Assembly: GCA_964276025.1 (NCBI GenBank)
Contig: CAXYDD010000002.1
Location: 731,568-795,567, forward strand
Source: an uncultured Porticoccus sp.
GTDB taxonomy: Bacteria; Pseudomonadota; Gammaproteobacteria; Pseudomonadales; Porticoccaceae
Reading direction: 5' to 3'
Length of the DNA stretch: 64,000 nt
Below, piece by piece: positions 9,322-19,558 of this stretch. Both the position numbers and the translations under genes were made by a program. Each line of letters begins with the position of its first letter. Position 1 is the stretch's first letter. The notes under the pieces were generated by a model. It had not been told where the DNA came from and searched no databases. It saw nothing but the letters and a program-made list of their open reading frames with translations.

Positions 9322-12300
9322 TTATTTTTTGTAATACTTCTTGAAAAATAGAAGAATTCTGTAAGCGTACTCTTTAGTTAGAGATATCTTTCCCCAAATT
9401 TCCTCACCAAGTAAAAGCAAGCATGGGGTCAAAATAAGAGTTAATACAGTGGCAAATGTCAAACCTCCAGCAATTGCACTAGCAAGCTGTGTCCACCATT
9501 GTGTGGATGGAGCCCCAAAACTTATATTTCGATTAACGAGATCTATATTCATTGCTAGGACCATTGGCATCAATCCTAGAACAGTTGTAAAAGCAGTTAG
9601 AAAAACTGGTCGAAGTCTTCTCCTCCCGGTTTCAAGTGCGGCATCATACGGGTTAAGACCATTTTTTTTCATTCGATTGTAAGTGTCTATTAGCACTATA
9701 TTATTGTTTACAACTATTCCGCCTAACGCAATGATCCCAAGGCCTACCATAACTATCCCAAATGGTTGAGATGTGATTAGGAGACCTAAAAGTACCCCCG
9801 TAGTAGAAAAGACTATTGCAGATAAAACTATTAATGACTGATAAATATTATTAAATTGCGTAACTAAAATTAAGGTCATCAATAATAATGCAGTTAAAAA
9901 AGCACCAATGAGGAATTGCATAGCTTCACGCTTTTCTTTATCTTCTCCTTTAAATTTTATATATACCTGTGAGCCAGAGGCCAATGGCTTGAGTAATCTT
10001 ATTAGCTCCTTTAGTTGAGTATCCGGTAGCACTCCTTCAGCAACATCTGCCCTTAAAGTAGTTGTTCTTCGTGAATCCACTCTTGCTATGGAGCCACTTT
10101 TAGGAGCAGGCTCAACAGTTATGAAGTTTTTAACTGGTATCATTCCTACATTAGTCGAGATACGCAATTCATTCAATTGATCTAAATGACGATCATCAAT
10201 AGGATATCTAACCACAACGTCAACTTCATCATCATTGTCGTCTGGTCGATAATCAGTTACTTTTATGCCTGAAGCAATCAGCTTTACTGATTGTCCTAGT
10301 AAAGCTATGTCGGCTCCGTAACGAGCAGCTAGAGCTCTATCAACAGCTATTTGCCACTCAATACCAGGTAGGGGCAGATCATCCTCGATGCCTATATAGC
10401 CGCCTTGATTATTCATTATTTCTCGAACTTTTTTTATAGCTGGAGGAACTAAAGAAAAGTCATAAGAACTAAACTCAAGCTGAATAGGTTTGCCTGAAGC
10501 TGGCCCATCTTTTGATTTTATAAATTCAACTTTAATCCCTGGAATATCTGAAGTTAAACGTTGCATTTCACTGAATATTTCCGTAGCCGGTCGCCTTTTA
10601 TCCCAATCAACAAACTCTAACTTGATTGAGCCAATTAAATCTGCAGCATTATTATTTCGGGTTACCTTATTGAATGATCTTGCATATATTGACCGAAGTT
10701 CGTCCATGCTACCTATTCGGCTCTCAACTTTTTTTACGATCTCATCTTTTTCATATATTGACAGATCGCCCCGCGCATGAATTTGTATTAATCCAAATTC
10801 AGGTTCAATATCAGGAAAAAACTCAAGCCCTTTATTTAAAAAACTATATAAAATAAAAACACTCACCATGATTAAAAAAGAAATTCCGAGTGTCTTACCG
10901 GGCATCATCAAAAGCTTCCTTAGGAGCTCAGTATATTTTTCTGTTATAGGGCCATCCACTGTTTTTATTGTAGGAATTGTGTTTTGATTCAATACTTTAC
11001 CTAATACAGGCAGAAAAATTAACGCCATAGATAAAGATGCAGATAGAGCAATTATGACTGTGATAGGTAGGAATTTCATGAATTCACCAACCATACCCGG
11101 CCAAACAAGGAGAGGCATAAATACAGCGAGTGTTGTTATTGTCGAGGTTGTTATTGGCCATGCCATGCGTTTAGCGGCCGATAAGTATGCTTCATAAGGC
11201 ATCATTCCTTCACTCATTCGTCTATCAGCTAGCTCAATTACGATAATAGCCCCATCAACCAACATACCTACAACAAGAATTAGACTAAAAAGAACAACAA
11301 TATTTAACGTATAGCCGAGAGAGTTTAATACAAGTATTGCAGCAAGAAATGAACTCGGTATTGCCAAACCAACAAGAAGGGCTGATCTGAAGCCTAAGGC
11401 TGCTATCATCACAATAACAACAAGAATAATTGCTGAAAGAATATTATTTTGGAGATCATTCAGCATATTTCTAATTTTATTTGACTTATCTTGCATGTAG
11501 CGAATTTCTAAAGAGGCTGGTAGCAAGCGACGCTCGTTTTCTATGAGTCCCTTAACATTATTTACGGTCTCGATTATATTAGCGCCAACTCTCTTTTTGA
11601 TTTCAAGTGTTACTGCGAGCTTTCCTTCGACACGTGCAAATCCGGTCGGATCTTTATAACTTTTTTTGACAGTCGCAACATCGCCGAATGTAACAACACG
11701 ATCCCCCACAACCTTTACTGGTAAATTCAAAGCATCATCTAGATTTTCGATCACACCCGGTACTTTAAGTACAAGTCGACCAGCTCCAGAATCTATAGCA
11801 CCTGCTGCAACTAATAGATTGTTGTTCCGTATAAAGGAAAAAAGCTCATCATATTTAACCTCATAAGTTTCCATTACTGCTGGATCAACTAATATCTCAA
11901 GAATTGACTCTCTATCTCCACCTATGTTCGCTTCCAGAACCCCAGGTAATGATTCAATTTGGTCTTGCATAGACCTAGCAATCTTAACTAGAGTTCTCTC
12001 AGGAATTGCACCGGAGAGGGATACGGTTAACACTGGAAATAAGGCTACGTTTATTTCGATTACTTTTGGCTCATCTGTGTCATCTGGAAGCCTAGTTTTA
12101 GCTGTATCTACTTTTTCCCGTACATCTGATTTTGCTTTTTTGCTATCAAAGCCTGCATTAAACTCAAGTTGAACCGAAGCATAACCCTCTCCAGAGTTGC
12201 TTCGCATTTCTTTTAGTCCAACTATTGACTGTAATTCTTTCTCCATTGGTTTGACAAGCAACCTCTCAGCATCCTCAGGGGATATGCCCTCATGTCTCAT

Positions 12301-12444
12301 AGAAACGTAGATAAAAGGAATAGCAATATCTGGTTCAGCTTCTTTGGGTATATCCTGATATGCAATAGCACCAAAAATTAATACAAAGAGTAGTGTTAAG
12401 AGTACTGTTCTACTTCGCGAAAAAGATAAATCGATAATTGTCAT
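9322..12444 (-). CDS. RND family efflux transporter, inner-membrane permease (AcrB/HAE1-like)
   Basis: 1040 aa with a 12-TM architecture, two large periplasmic loops and an RND-type N-terminus. It is downstream of an adaptor gene. Confidence 0.9.
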   Translation of the reverse strand: MTIIDLSFSRSRTVLLTLLFVLIFGAIAYQDIPKEAEPDIAIPFIYVSMRHEGISPEDAERLLVKPMEKELQSIVGLKEMRSNSGEGYASVQLEFNAGFDSKKAKSDVREKVDTAKTRLPDDTDEPKVIEINVALFPVLTVSLSGAIPERTLVKIARSMQDQIESLPGVLEANIGGDRESILEILVDPAVMETYEVKYDELFSFIRNNNLLVAAGAIDSGAGRLVLKVPGVIENLDDALNLPVKVVGDRVVTFGDVATVKKSYKDPTGFARVEGKLAVTLEIKKRVGANIIETVNNVKGLIENERRLLPASLEIRYMQDKSNKIRNMLNDLQNNILSAIILVVIVMIAALGFRSALLVGLAIPSSFLAAILVLNSLGYTLNIVVLFSLILVVGMLVDGAIIVIELADRRMSEGMMPYEAYLSAAKRMAWPITTSTITTLAVFMPLLVWPGMVGEFMKFLPITVIIALSASLSMALIFLPVLGKVLNQNTIPTIKTVDGPITEKYTELLRKLLMMPGKTLGISFLIMVSVFILYSFLNKGLEFFPDIEPEFGLIQIHARGDLSIYEKDEIVKKVESRIGSMDELRSIYARSFNKVTRNNNAADLIGSIKLEFVDWDKRRPATEIFSEMQRLTSDIPGIKVEFIKSKDGPASGKPIQLEFSSYDFSLVPPAIKKVREIMNNQGGYIGIEDDLPLPGIEWQIAVDRALAARYGADIALLGQSVKLIASGIKVTDYRPDDNDDEVDVVVRYPIDDRHLDQLNELRISTNVGMIPVKNFITVEPAPKSGSIARVDSRRTTTLRADVAEGVLPDTQLKELIRLLKPLASGSQVYIKFKGEDKEKREAMQFLIGAFLTALLLMTLILVTQFNNIYQSLIVLSAIVFSTTGVLLGLLITSQPFGIVMVGLGIIALGGIVVNNNIVLIDTYNRMKKNGLNPYDAALETGRRRLRPVFLTAFTTVLGLMPMVLAMNIDLVNRNISFGAPSTQWWTQLASAIAGGLTFATVLTLILTPCLLLLGEEIWGKISLTKEYAYRILLFFKKYYKK

Positions 12445-12457
12445 CAGACAAATGGCC

Positions 12458-13567
12458 TCAGGATGTGGGAATCTGTTCTACAGATTCCCCTTCTTCAACA
12501 AAACCATTGCCTTGGGTGATGATTTTAATTTGATTGGGTAGCCCTGTTACCCATACCCCTTCTTTTTTAGTACGTAGAATTTCAATTTTATGGAAGTTAA
12601 CAATATTTTCTTTAGTGACAGATTTGATTCCTATGTTACCTTCCATATCTAGTGAAAGAGTTGCTGGAGAAACAAAGTGGGCAGTTACAGACCCTGTGAT
12701 TATTTCAATCTTAGCGCTTGCACCGGATTTTATTCCTTCGTGAGGATTATTTAGTTGAGCCTCAATTCTGAAACTGTGGGTTTTTGAATCTCCTGAATTG
12801 GCAATATATGTCAGAGTTGCATCTGATCTCTTGCCATTCAGCAAAAAAATGTTTACCTTTTGACCAAGCTGAAGTCTTTCAATATTTTGCTGGGAGACAT
12901 AGCCTGTAGCTTTTAGGCTTGATTCGTCTAAAAGAGTAGCTAGAGGCTCTCCCTTTTCGACATAACTGCCTACCTCTACAATCTGTTCTTCTAGTATTCC
13001 GCTAAATGGCGCCTTTATTAATATATTTCCACGCTCTATAGATATCTTCTTGATATTGGATCTCAAGATAGATAATTCTTTCTGAGCCTCTATTAATCTG
13101 ATTGGTTTGGATTGGTCACTTGGCGCTAAGTTCTTCAGTTGGGTTATCTTATCTAAATTTTTAGAAATTTTTGCTTTAGCGATAAAAAATTGTGCTGAAC
13201 GATCAACATTGGCAAGTCTGAATATAAGATCTCCATCCGATATGTAAGCACCCTCATTCTCAACGATCTCTAGTACATGTGCGGCTGTATGAGATTTAAT
13301 TTCTATTTTTCTGAATGGCTCAACTTCACCTTGTATGATAATTGTGTCTTTAGCTTCTTCTGATTTTATATCTGAAACCTCAACGGTCATCTTTTGTTTT
13401 AATAGATTTTTATTCGATAAATCAGCGCTTTTTCCACTGAAAAATATCCCACTGAGCATCCATACTAATACTACCAAGCTTACGATCAGCGGTAATCGAT
13501 TAGATTTCTTCAAAATGGTTTTTTTAAAGTAGGCCATTAATTTTTCTTCATTAATCATTACAAACAC
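12458..13567 (-). CDS. RND efflux periplasmic adaptor subunit (MFP/HlyD family)
   Basis: N-terminal TM anchor, a coiled-coil hairpin and lipoyl/beta-barrel-like segments. It lies 13 nt upstream of the RND permease. The exact start is uncertain because several Met codons are available. Confidence 0.8.
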   Translation of the reverse strand: MFVMINEEKLMAYFKKTILKKSNRLPLIVSLVVLVWMLSGIFFSGKSADLSNKNLLKQKMTVEVSDIKSEEAKDTIIIQGEVEPFRKIEIKSHTAAHVLEIVENEGAYISDGDLIFRLANVDRSAQFFIAKAKISKNLDKITQLKNLAPSDQSKPIRLIEAQKELSILRSNIKKISIERGNILIKAPFSGILEEQIVEVGSYVEKGEPLATLLDESSLKATGYVSQQNIERLQLGQKVNIFLLNGKRSDATLTYIANSGDSKTHSFRIEAQLNNPHEGIKSGASAKIEIITGSVTAHFVSPATLSLDMEGNIGIKSVTKENIVNFHKIEILRTKKEGVWVTGLPNQIKIITQGNGFVEEGESVEQIPTS

Positions 13568-13791
13568 TATCCATTCTTTTGTAGAAATTTATATCTTTAA
13601 AAAAGTTTCAAGCCCCTATGTTATCTTACATTTAAGTGAACGGCTGAAATTATTTAATTTTTTTTCGTGTTAATACGACTTCACTACCAATAAAAAAAAT
13701 ACTATTGTATAAAAAATATCTAGTTAATATTTATTAAAATTTCATAATTAAGTCTTTATAATAACGGTATAATTTATTATTTGGGATAACT

Positions 13792-14193
13792 ATGCTTTTT
13801 CGAACTAGAAAAATGATTAGCGCTAAAGATTTAAATTCAAATGGCACTCTTTTTGGTGGTCGAGTTTTATCATGGATAGATGAAGAGGCATTTATATTTG
13901 CAACTTGTCAAATCGGATCTGAAAAATTAGTTACAAAAATGATTTCTAAGGTTGAGTTTATTTCTACAGCAAGAATTGGAGATATAATAGAAATAGGCAC
14001 AGAATTGATAAGCCTTGGTACTACCTCGCTGACGCTCTCTTGTGTAGTTAGAAACAAAAAAACAACAAATATTATTACTCAAGTTTCCGATTTGGTTTTC
14101 GTGCATGTTGATGTCAATGGTAAACCTAAGCCACACGGGGTAACTGAGGCAATCAAAGATATCGTATCAGAGCTAAAGAGTGATCATGGCTGA
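13792..14193 (+). CDS. Acyl-CoA thioesterase, hotdog fold (YciA/BFIT-like)
   Basis: 133 aa with the N.NGTLFGG..LSWIDE motif typical of this family. Confidence 0.8.
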   Translation: MLFRTRKMISAKDLNSNGTLFGGRVLSWIDEEAFIFATCQIGSEKLVTKMISKVEFISTARIGDIIEIGTELISLGTTSLTLSCVVRNKKTTNIITQVSDLVFVHVDVNGKPKPHGVTEAIKDIVSELKSDHG

Positions 14194-14214
14194 CATCACA
14201 ACTTTATATATTAA

Positions 14215-14955
14215 TTAGTGAATTGATTGTTCATCGCAAATTTTTTGAGCATCAGTGATATTTAGAGTTCCTTCATAAATCGCTCTTCCAGTTATAGCGC
14301 CAAATATGTTGGGCTGTGCAGTGTTATTAAGCGCTAGAATATCATCCATATTAGTAATGCCTCCCGATGCAATAACTGGAATAGAAGTGGCTTTTGCCAT
14401 TGTGACAGTAGATTCAACATTGACACCCTGCATCATCCCATCACGATCTATATCTGTATAAATAATAGCATTCACACCATCGTGTTCAAATTTTTTTGCT
14501 AAGTCGGTAGCTTTTATTTTAGATACTTCAGCCCAGCCATCAGTTGCAACTAGACCTTTTTTTGCATCAATACCAACAATGATATGGCCAGGGAATTCTC
14601 TACACATCTCTGTGACAAAACTTGGTTCTTTTACAGCTTTAGTACCAATTATAACGTACTCGACACCAGCATTAAGGTAGGCTTCAATGGTACTACCATT
14701 CCGGATTCCACCACCAATTTGAATGGGTATTTGAGGATAATTTCTCGCAATTTCTTTAACTGCCTCACTGTTGATTGGATTCCCTGCAAAGGCTCCGTTT
14801 AGATCAACTAGATGCAGTCGTCTTGCACCTGCCTCAATCCAGCGACGAGCCATATCAAGTGGACTGCCACTAAAAATAGTCGAATCCTCCATACGGCCTT
14901 GTCTGAGGCGAACACATTTTCCATCTTTTAGATCAATTGCGGGTATAATTAACAA
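14215..14955 (-). CDS. hisA: 1-(5-phosphoribosyl)-5-[(5-phosphoribosylamino)methylideneamino]imidazole-4-carboxamide isomerase
   Basis: [17 protein letters not shown]...LHLVDLNGA...GGGIR signature. Confidence 0.95.
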   Translation of the reverse strand: MLIIPAIDLKDGKCVRLRQGRMEDSTIFSGSPLDMARRWIEAGARRLHLVDLNGAFAGNPINSEAVKEIARNYPQIPIQIGGGIRNGSTIEAYLNAGVEYVIIGTKAVKEPSFVTEMCREFPGHIIVGIDAKKGLVATDGWAEVSKIKATDLAKKFEHDGVNAIIYTDIDRDGMMQGVNVESTVTMAKATSIPVIASGGITNMDDILALNNTAQPNIFGAITGRAIYEGTLNITDAQKICDEQSIH

Positions 14956-14985
14956 AAAATATTCCTATTAGTCAGTTTATTGCGA

Positions 14986-15639
14986 TTAAGATCCATCCCA
15001 TCTTATAAAATTTTCAAGTAATTGTAGCCCAGCTGAATGACTTTTTTCAGGATGAAATTGTACCGCAAATAAATTCTTTGCTGCTAATGCTGAAGCAAAG
15101 TTAATTGAGTAGTTAGTACTTCCGGTTATAGTTTCCAATGAAGAGTTAGCGGCAAAATAACTATGCACAAAATAAAAATATTCATTCTGCTCTATTTTAT
15201 GCCACATTGGGTGATCAGTTGCTTGATGAACTTGATTCCATCCCATATGTGGAACTTTCAGCCTTTCATGATTTTCATTTTTTATCTTATAGCCAAAAAA
15301 TTTAGCATTACCTTGAAAAATACCCAGACAATCGATCCCATCGTTTTCTTCGCTGTTTTGAAGTAGCGCTTGCATTCCCAAACAAATACCAAGAACTGGT
15401 TTTTCAGCAATAGATTCAATTATTAATTTATCAAATCCAAGACTTTTAATGTTAGACATACAGTCTTTTATGGCACCAACTCCCGGAAAAACTAATCGAT
15501 CTGCATCAATTATTTCTTTTGGGTTTTGCGTGACTATTACTTTAGCTTTTGGGGCAACTTTCTCTAAAGCTTTAGATACAGAATGTAAATTGCCCATTCC
15601 GTAATCAAGTACCGCAATTAGTTGTTCAGATTGACTCAT
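14986..15639 (-). CDS. hisH: Imidazole glycerol phosphate synthase, glutaminase subunit
   Basis: [21 protein letters not shown] (catalytic Cys) and FHPEKS motifs. Confidence 0.95.
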   Translation of the reverse strand: MSQSEQLIAVLDYGMGNLHSVSKALEKVAPKAKVIVTQNPKEIIDADRLVFPGVGAIKDCMSNIKSLGFDKLIIESIAEKPVLGICLGMQALLQNSEENDGIDCLGIFQGNAKFFGYKIKNENHERLKVPHMGWNQVHQATDHPMWHKIEQNEYFYFVHSYFAANSSLETITGSTNYSINFASALAAKNLFAVQFHPEKSHSAGLQLLENFIRWDGS

Positions 15640-15853
15640 AAGCCACGTTTTTCCTAGTTTCGCAGTATTTATTTCAGCGTGTATAATGGTGTTTTAGCTA
15701 CAGAATTATGAAATTATCACCATATGTTTCAATCAAAAAAATTACCGCTATTATAACGATTATCCCATCAAAGTTATTAGGAGGCTAGCTAAATGCCCTG
15801 TTAAGTATGATAGAAGCTTAAAGCTCAAAGTGGAGTACAGGAGGAGGTTGATA

Positions 15854-15949
15854 TGAGTATGAAGAAAAAGATAGTGCTTTGGTTGTTTGTTTTTACTGTA
15901 TCAATTCCGCTGTGGTGGTCAATGAGTTGGACTTATAATCCTTTTTAAT
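15854..15949 (+). CDS. Candidate 31-aa hydrophobic Trp-rich peptide (MSMKKKIVLWLFVFTVSIPLWWSMSWTYNPF)
   Basis: Too short for the ORF track. The ATG lies 5 nt behind AGGAGG (within GGAGGAGG), an unusually strong SD for this AT-rich DNA. The peptide has a basic N-terminus followed by one TM-like helix. No homology support. Confidence 0.3.
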
Positions 15950-15976
15950 TATTGTTCTATCAGTCAACTAGCCTCA

Positions 15977-16375
15977 TTACATTTCATTACAGACTGCTTT
16001 TAGAATTGCTTCTGCTGATGAGCTAGATTCAGGATATTCCCACTCTTGATTTTTAGGGCTGTAATTATTCTCTCTATCCTCAGATCCAAGACCCATAGGT
16101 TGTTTATAGTTAATAAAACTCAAATCCTGATAACGCATTAACATACAATCAACTTTTTTATGAGTTTTTCCAGATAAATGACCATGCATGCATGCTTCTG
16201 GGCTATCAGACAAAGTCCAAAAATAAGAATGTCCACCCTGTTTTTTAATACTTTCAAAATCCACATAGTAGATAGTTCCATCAGCAATTTTAGCCACTTT
16301 AGTCCACTCACTAAAAGAAGGCGATGAGAAAGCTAATATAAGTATGAGTATGCATGTGGTGATTAGAGTTTTCAT
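15977..16375 (-). CDS. Secreted hypothetical protein (possibly surface-adhesin-E-like domain)
   Basis: Signal peptide (cleavage likely at SFS/EW). The pattern W..V......YYVD..SI......FW.L.......DC.....Y......G....W......AIL.AVC resembles the Adhesin_E-type domain as I recall it. It sits between hisB and hisH. Confidence 0.55.
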   Translation of the reverse strand: MKTLITTCILILILAFSSPSFSEWTKVAKIADGTIYYVDFESIKKQGGHSYFWTLSDSPEACMHGHLSGKTHKKVDCMLMRYQDLSFINYKQPMGLGSEDRENNYSPKNQEWEYPESSSSAEAILKAVCNEM

Positions 16376-16609
16376 TTCTTAATCCCTATTCTTTTACCAG
16401 CCAAACCAAGATTTAGATTCTATGCCATTTTTACGCGCTGTTTTCTTTTCAAGCCCTTACATAAAAAAGGCTATAGAGTAGATATAAAAGGCTGACCTTC
16501 CTGCAATCAAGCACCGCAATGGATATATTTAATTTAATCATAAGAAGGTAATTATCATCAAAAGATTAGGTTGCGGTGTATTTATGTAACTAATTATTTT
16601 TTTGTGATT

Positions 16610-17203
16610 CTACAAAGTTCCTTTTGTTGACGGCATTACACCTTGCATCCTAGGGTCAAGCTCTATAGCCATTCGTAGCGCTCGTCCAAAGGCTTTAAAT
16701 ATAGTTTCAATTTGATGATGGGTGTTGCTTCCGCGAATATTATCGATATGTAATGAGATACCAGCATGGTTAACAAAACCCTGAAAAAATTCATAAGTTA
16801 AATCTACATCAAAATCCCCCACCTTGGGACGACAAAAATCTACAAACATTTCCAGACCCGGTCTTCCTGAGAAGTCCACTACAACTCTTGATAAAGCTTC
16901 ATCTAATGGAACATAAGCATGCCCATAACGACGAATACCTTTTTTATCTCCCAACGCATTCTTAAATGCTTGACCAATAGTGATCCCCACATCCTCAACG
17001 GTATGATGATCATCAATTTCAGTATCACCATTTGCCTTAACAGTAATGTCAATTAAACCATGTCGTGAAATTTGGTCTAGCATGTGGTCTAAGAAGGGAA
17101 CTCCTGTTTCAAAATCAGCCTTACCTGCTCCATCAAGATTAACTTCAACAGTAATTTGAGTTTCAAGAGTGTCACGACTTACTTTGGCTGTCCGTTCTGT
17201 CAT
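16610..17203 (-). CDS. hisB: Imidazoleglycerol-phosphate dehydratase
   Basis: [30 protein letters not shown] and HHQIE motifs. At 197 aa this is the monofunctional form. Confidence 0.95.
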   Translation of the reverse strand: MTERTAKVSRDTLETQITVEVNLDGAGKADFETGVPFLDHMLDQISRHGLIDITVKANGDTEIDDHHTVEDVGITIGQAFKNALGDKKGIRRYGHAYVPLDEALSRVVVDFSGRPGLEMFVDFCRPKVGDFDVDLTYEFFQGFVNHAGISLHIDNIRGSNTHHQIETIFKAFGRALRMAIELDPRMQGVMPSTKGTL

Positions 17204-17542
17204 AGGTTTTTCTCCAAATGCTGAGTCTTACATGGTATCAAACAGCCTTAAAAATTTAGCTTACTAGTACGAATAATACCCTAAAAGATTATGATCACAT
17301 ATACAGATCATTAAGTCAGTAATATTATAGTACCAGCGGCTGAGCCCTTCCAGAACAACGAGGTATTTATTCCAGGTTTAAGTAAGAAAATTTCTATTTT
17401 TCTGGATAAAAGTACTAATTATTTATAAAAAATTGAATAAAATCATTCATTGAAACCAAAAATCAGATTATATTGATCTTTGTAAGATTGTCTTCTTTCT
17501 AGGTTAATTAAAAGATAACAATATATATAAGGGGTATATACA

Positions 17543-19558
17543 TTGAAATTACTGAGATCTTTTATTTGGCTCATAGGTATATCCATTCTAGGAGCTGTTA
17601 TAGCCGGCACATTTTTTATTTATGGAGTGGACCTTAATGATTATAAGCCAAAAATTTCTAAGCTTGCTGAAAACAAACAAATTAATTTAGTGATAGATGG
17701 AGATCTTGGCTGGTCATTTTTTCCAAGCTTAGCAGTCACAACGGGGGATGTATCGATATCAGGAAAAGATATCCCAAGTATTACATTTGAAGAAGCCAGT
17801 TTTAGTGTTGATTGGTTAGCAATATTGGGAAAAACACTTCGCCTAAAAGCTATAACAGTTATAAATGCAAATATAAGTGTCACAGAAACTGAAGAGCAAG
17901 ATAGCAGCTCCGGTGCTGCCGACACAGAAAATAAAGTGAAATCAAATAATCCTGATCCATCAAGTCTTCCTTTTGAGCTAGATATAGCAAGCTTGAATAT
18001 TAAAAACTCTAAGCTGACTATGGTGGATGCAAACCAAAAATTAATAGAATTTGATGAAATTTATCTTACTGGGAAGGATATTAATTTAGATGACAATATC
18101 TTCTCTGCAGTAATAGATTTTTCAGGGGTGCTTAAGATTGATGGTGCCCCTTCTTTACCTGCTGAGGTGAATCTTGAAGCTGAATATAATATTGATAAGC
18201 ATCATGTAGAACTTAAAACTTTCAGGAGTGATATTGGTTTGACTCAATTAGAAGGAAAACTAATAGCACATAGTTTGCTAGATGCCCCCACAGGGGAAGG
18301 TAGCATATCAATTATAAATAATAACTTAGATGAGTTGCCTTTTGAGGGTATTCCAAAAGAATTAAAAAGATTAGCTATACAAATGAGTTTCTCTGTATCT
18401 GAAACATCGATAACTATAAGTAATATAGCGAGTACATTTAATGACTTTACTTTAACTGGAGATGCTTCACTAAAACTTGAAGGTCGACGTGAGTTAAATA
18501 TAAAACTTGCTGGCTCCGATCTTATTTTTCCAGCGGGTGAATCAAAGAACAGTAAAGCGCAAATTAAAAATACAAAAAATGATAAGAAAAATCAACATCA
18601 GGCTGTTTTTTTAGCACCGATATTTGCACCTTTTTCTTATCTTCAGGGGGGCAAAGGCCACATAGAAATTAATCTAGATAGCTTTTCTTTTGATCAAATA
18701 CTAGCTAAAAATATCCATTTCAATTTATTTTCAAATAAGGAGATTATCCAGATAGCAGATTTATCTGGTGAAATTTTTGATGGAACCTTTAAATTTACTT
18801 CACGTATTAATACAGGTGATAGTAATAGTGCAAAATTTACTAATAATTTCAGAAATTTAGATATAAAACAGATAATAGCCTCCCTGAGTGATTTTTCGGA
18901 TATTGATGGACTACTTTCGGCAGATTTTAACGGTGTTAGTCGAGGCATTACTCAGGATGAATTTTTAGAAAATATTAATGGTGCTGGTAGCATAGAGGCA
19001 AAAAAATTAAGGTTAAATAAATTTAATTTTGAAAAGAGCTATTGTGATATGGCAGCTATAATCGAAAAACGTTCTTTTTCGGAATATGCATGGCCTAATT
19101 ATACTAAAGTAAAAAATTTAGAGTCGGAATTTTTATTTCATAAGCAAATTATCACTATACCGAATTTTAGCAGTGGAATAGGTAATTTATCCGTTAAAGG
19201 TGACGGTAAGATAAATTTAAATGACCAGTCCTACAATTTGCTTTTAAAAGCTAACTTAGGGGGAGATAAAACCTCTGAAAATGGTTGCCCAATAAAAAGT
19301 AAAAGTATAATAAATAAAGATATGCCTCTACGCTGTAAAGGAACTTTTGAAGTCAATGGAAGCGCTCTTTGTTTGCCAGATCAAGAATTTATCAATCAGA
19401 TACTTAAGAAAAAAATAAAAGATAAGTTATTTGATAGTTTGCTAAATTCTAAGCTATCCAAACCCAAAATTAATCAGCCTGGCGAAGATATTGAGATAAA
19501 ACCTGATGACATAAAAGAACAGGTCATAGATACCTTACTGAAAGGCATATTTAGATAG
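17543..19558 (+). CDS. AsmA family outer-membrane biogenesis protein
   Basis: 671 aa with an N-terminal TM anchor and an AsmA-like N-terminal region. The position upstream of mutY matches the Pseudomonas arrangement. The start codon is TTG. Confidence 0.75.
   Translation: MKLLRSFIWLIGISILGAVIAGTFFIYGVDLNDYKPKISKLAENKQINLVIDGDLGWSFFPSLAVTTGDVSISGKDIPSITFEEASFSVDWLAILGKTLRLKAITVINANISVTETEEQDSSSGAADTENKVKSNNPDPSSLPFELDIASLNIKNSKLTMVDANQKLIEFDEIYLTGKDINLDDNIFSAVIDFSGVLKIDGAPSLPAEVNLEAEYNIDKHHVELKTFRSDIGLTQLEGKLIAHSLLDAPTGEGSISIINNNLDELPFEGIPKELKRLAIQMSFSVSETSITISNIASTFNDFTLTGDASLKLEGRRELNIKLAGSDLIFPAGESKNSKAQIKNTKNDKKNQHQAVFLAPIFAPFSYLQGGKGHIEINLDSFSFDQILAKNIHFNLFSNKEIIQIADLSGEIFDGTFKFTSRINTGDSNSAKFTNNFRNLDIKQIIASLSDFSDIDGLLSADFNGVSRGITQDEFLENINGAGSIEAKKLRLNKFNFEKSYCDMAAIIEKRSFSEYAWPNYTKVKNLESEFLFHKQIITIPNFSSGIGNLSVKGDGKINLNDQSYNLLLKANLGGDKTSENGCPIKSKSIINKDMPLRCKGTFEVNGSALCLPDQEFINQILKKKIKDKLFDSLLNSKLSKPKINQPGEDIEIKPDDIKEQVIDTLLKGIFR

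Noticed and set aside
17285-17315. Palindrome ATGATC-ACATATACA-GATCAT in the hisB/asmA divergent spacer
   Set aside because: The arms are short (6 bp) with nothing else supporting them. It is not distinguishable from chance.
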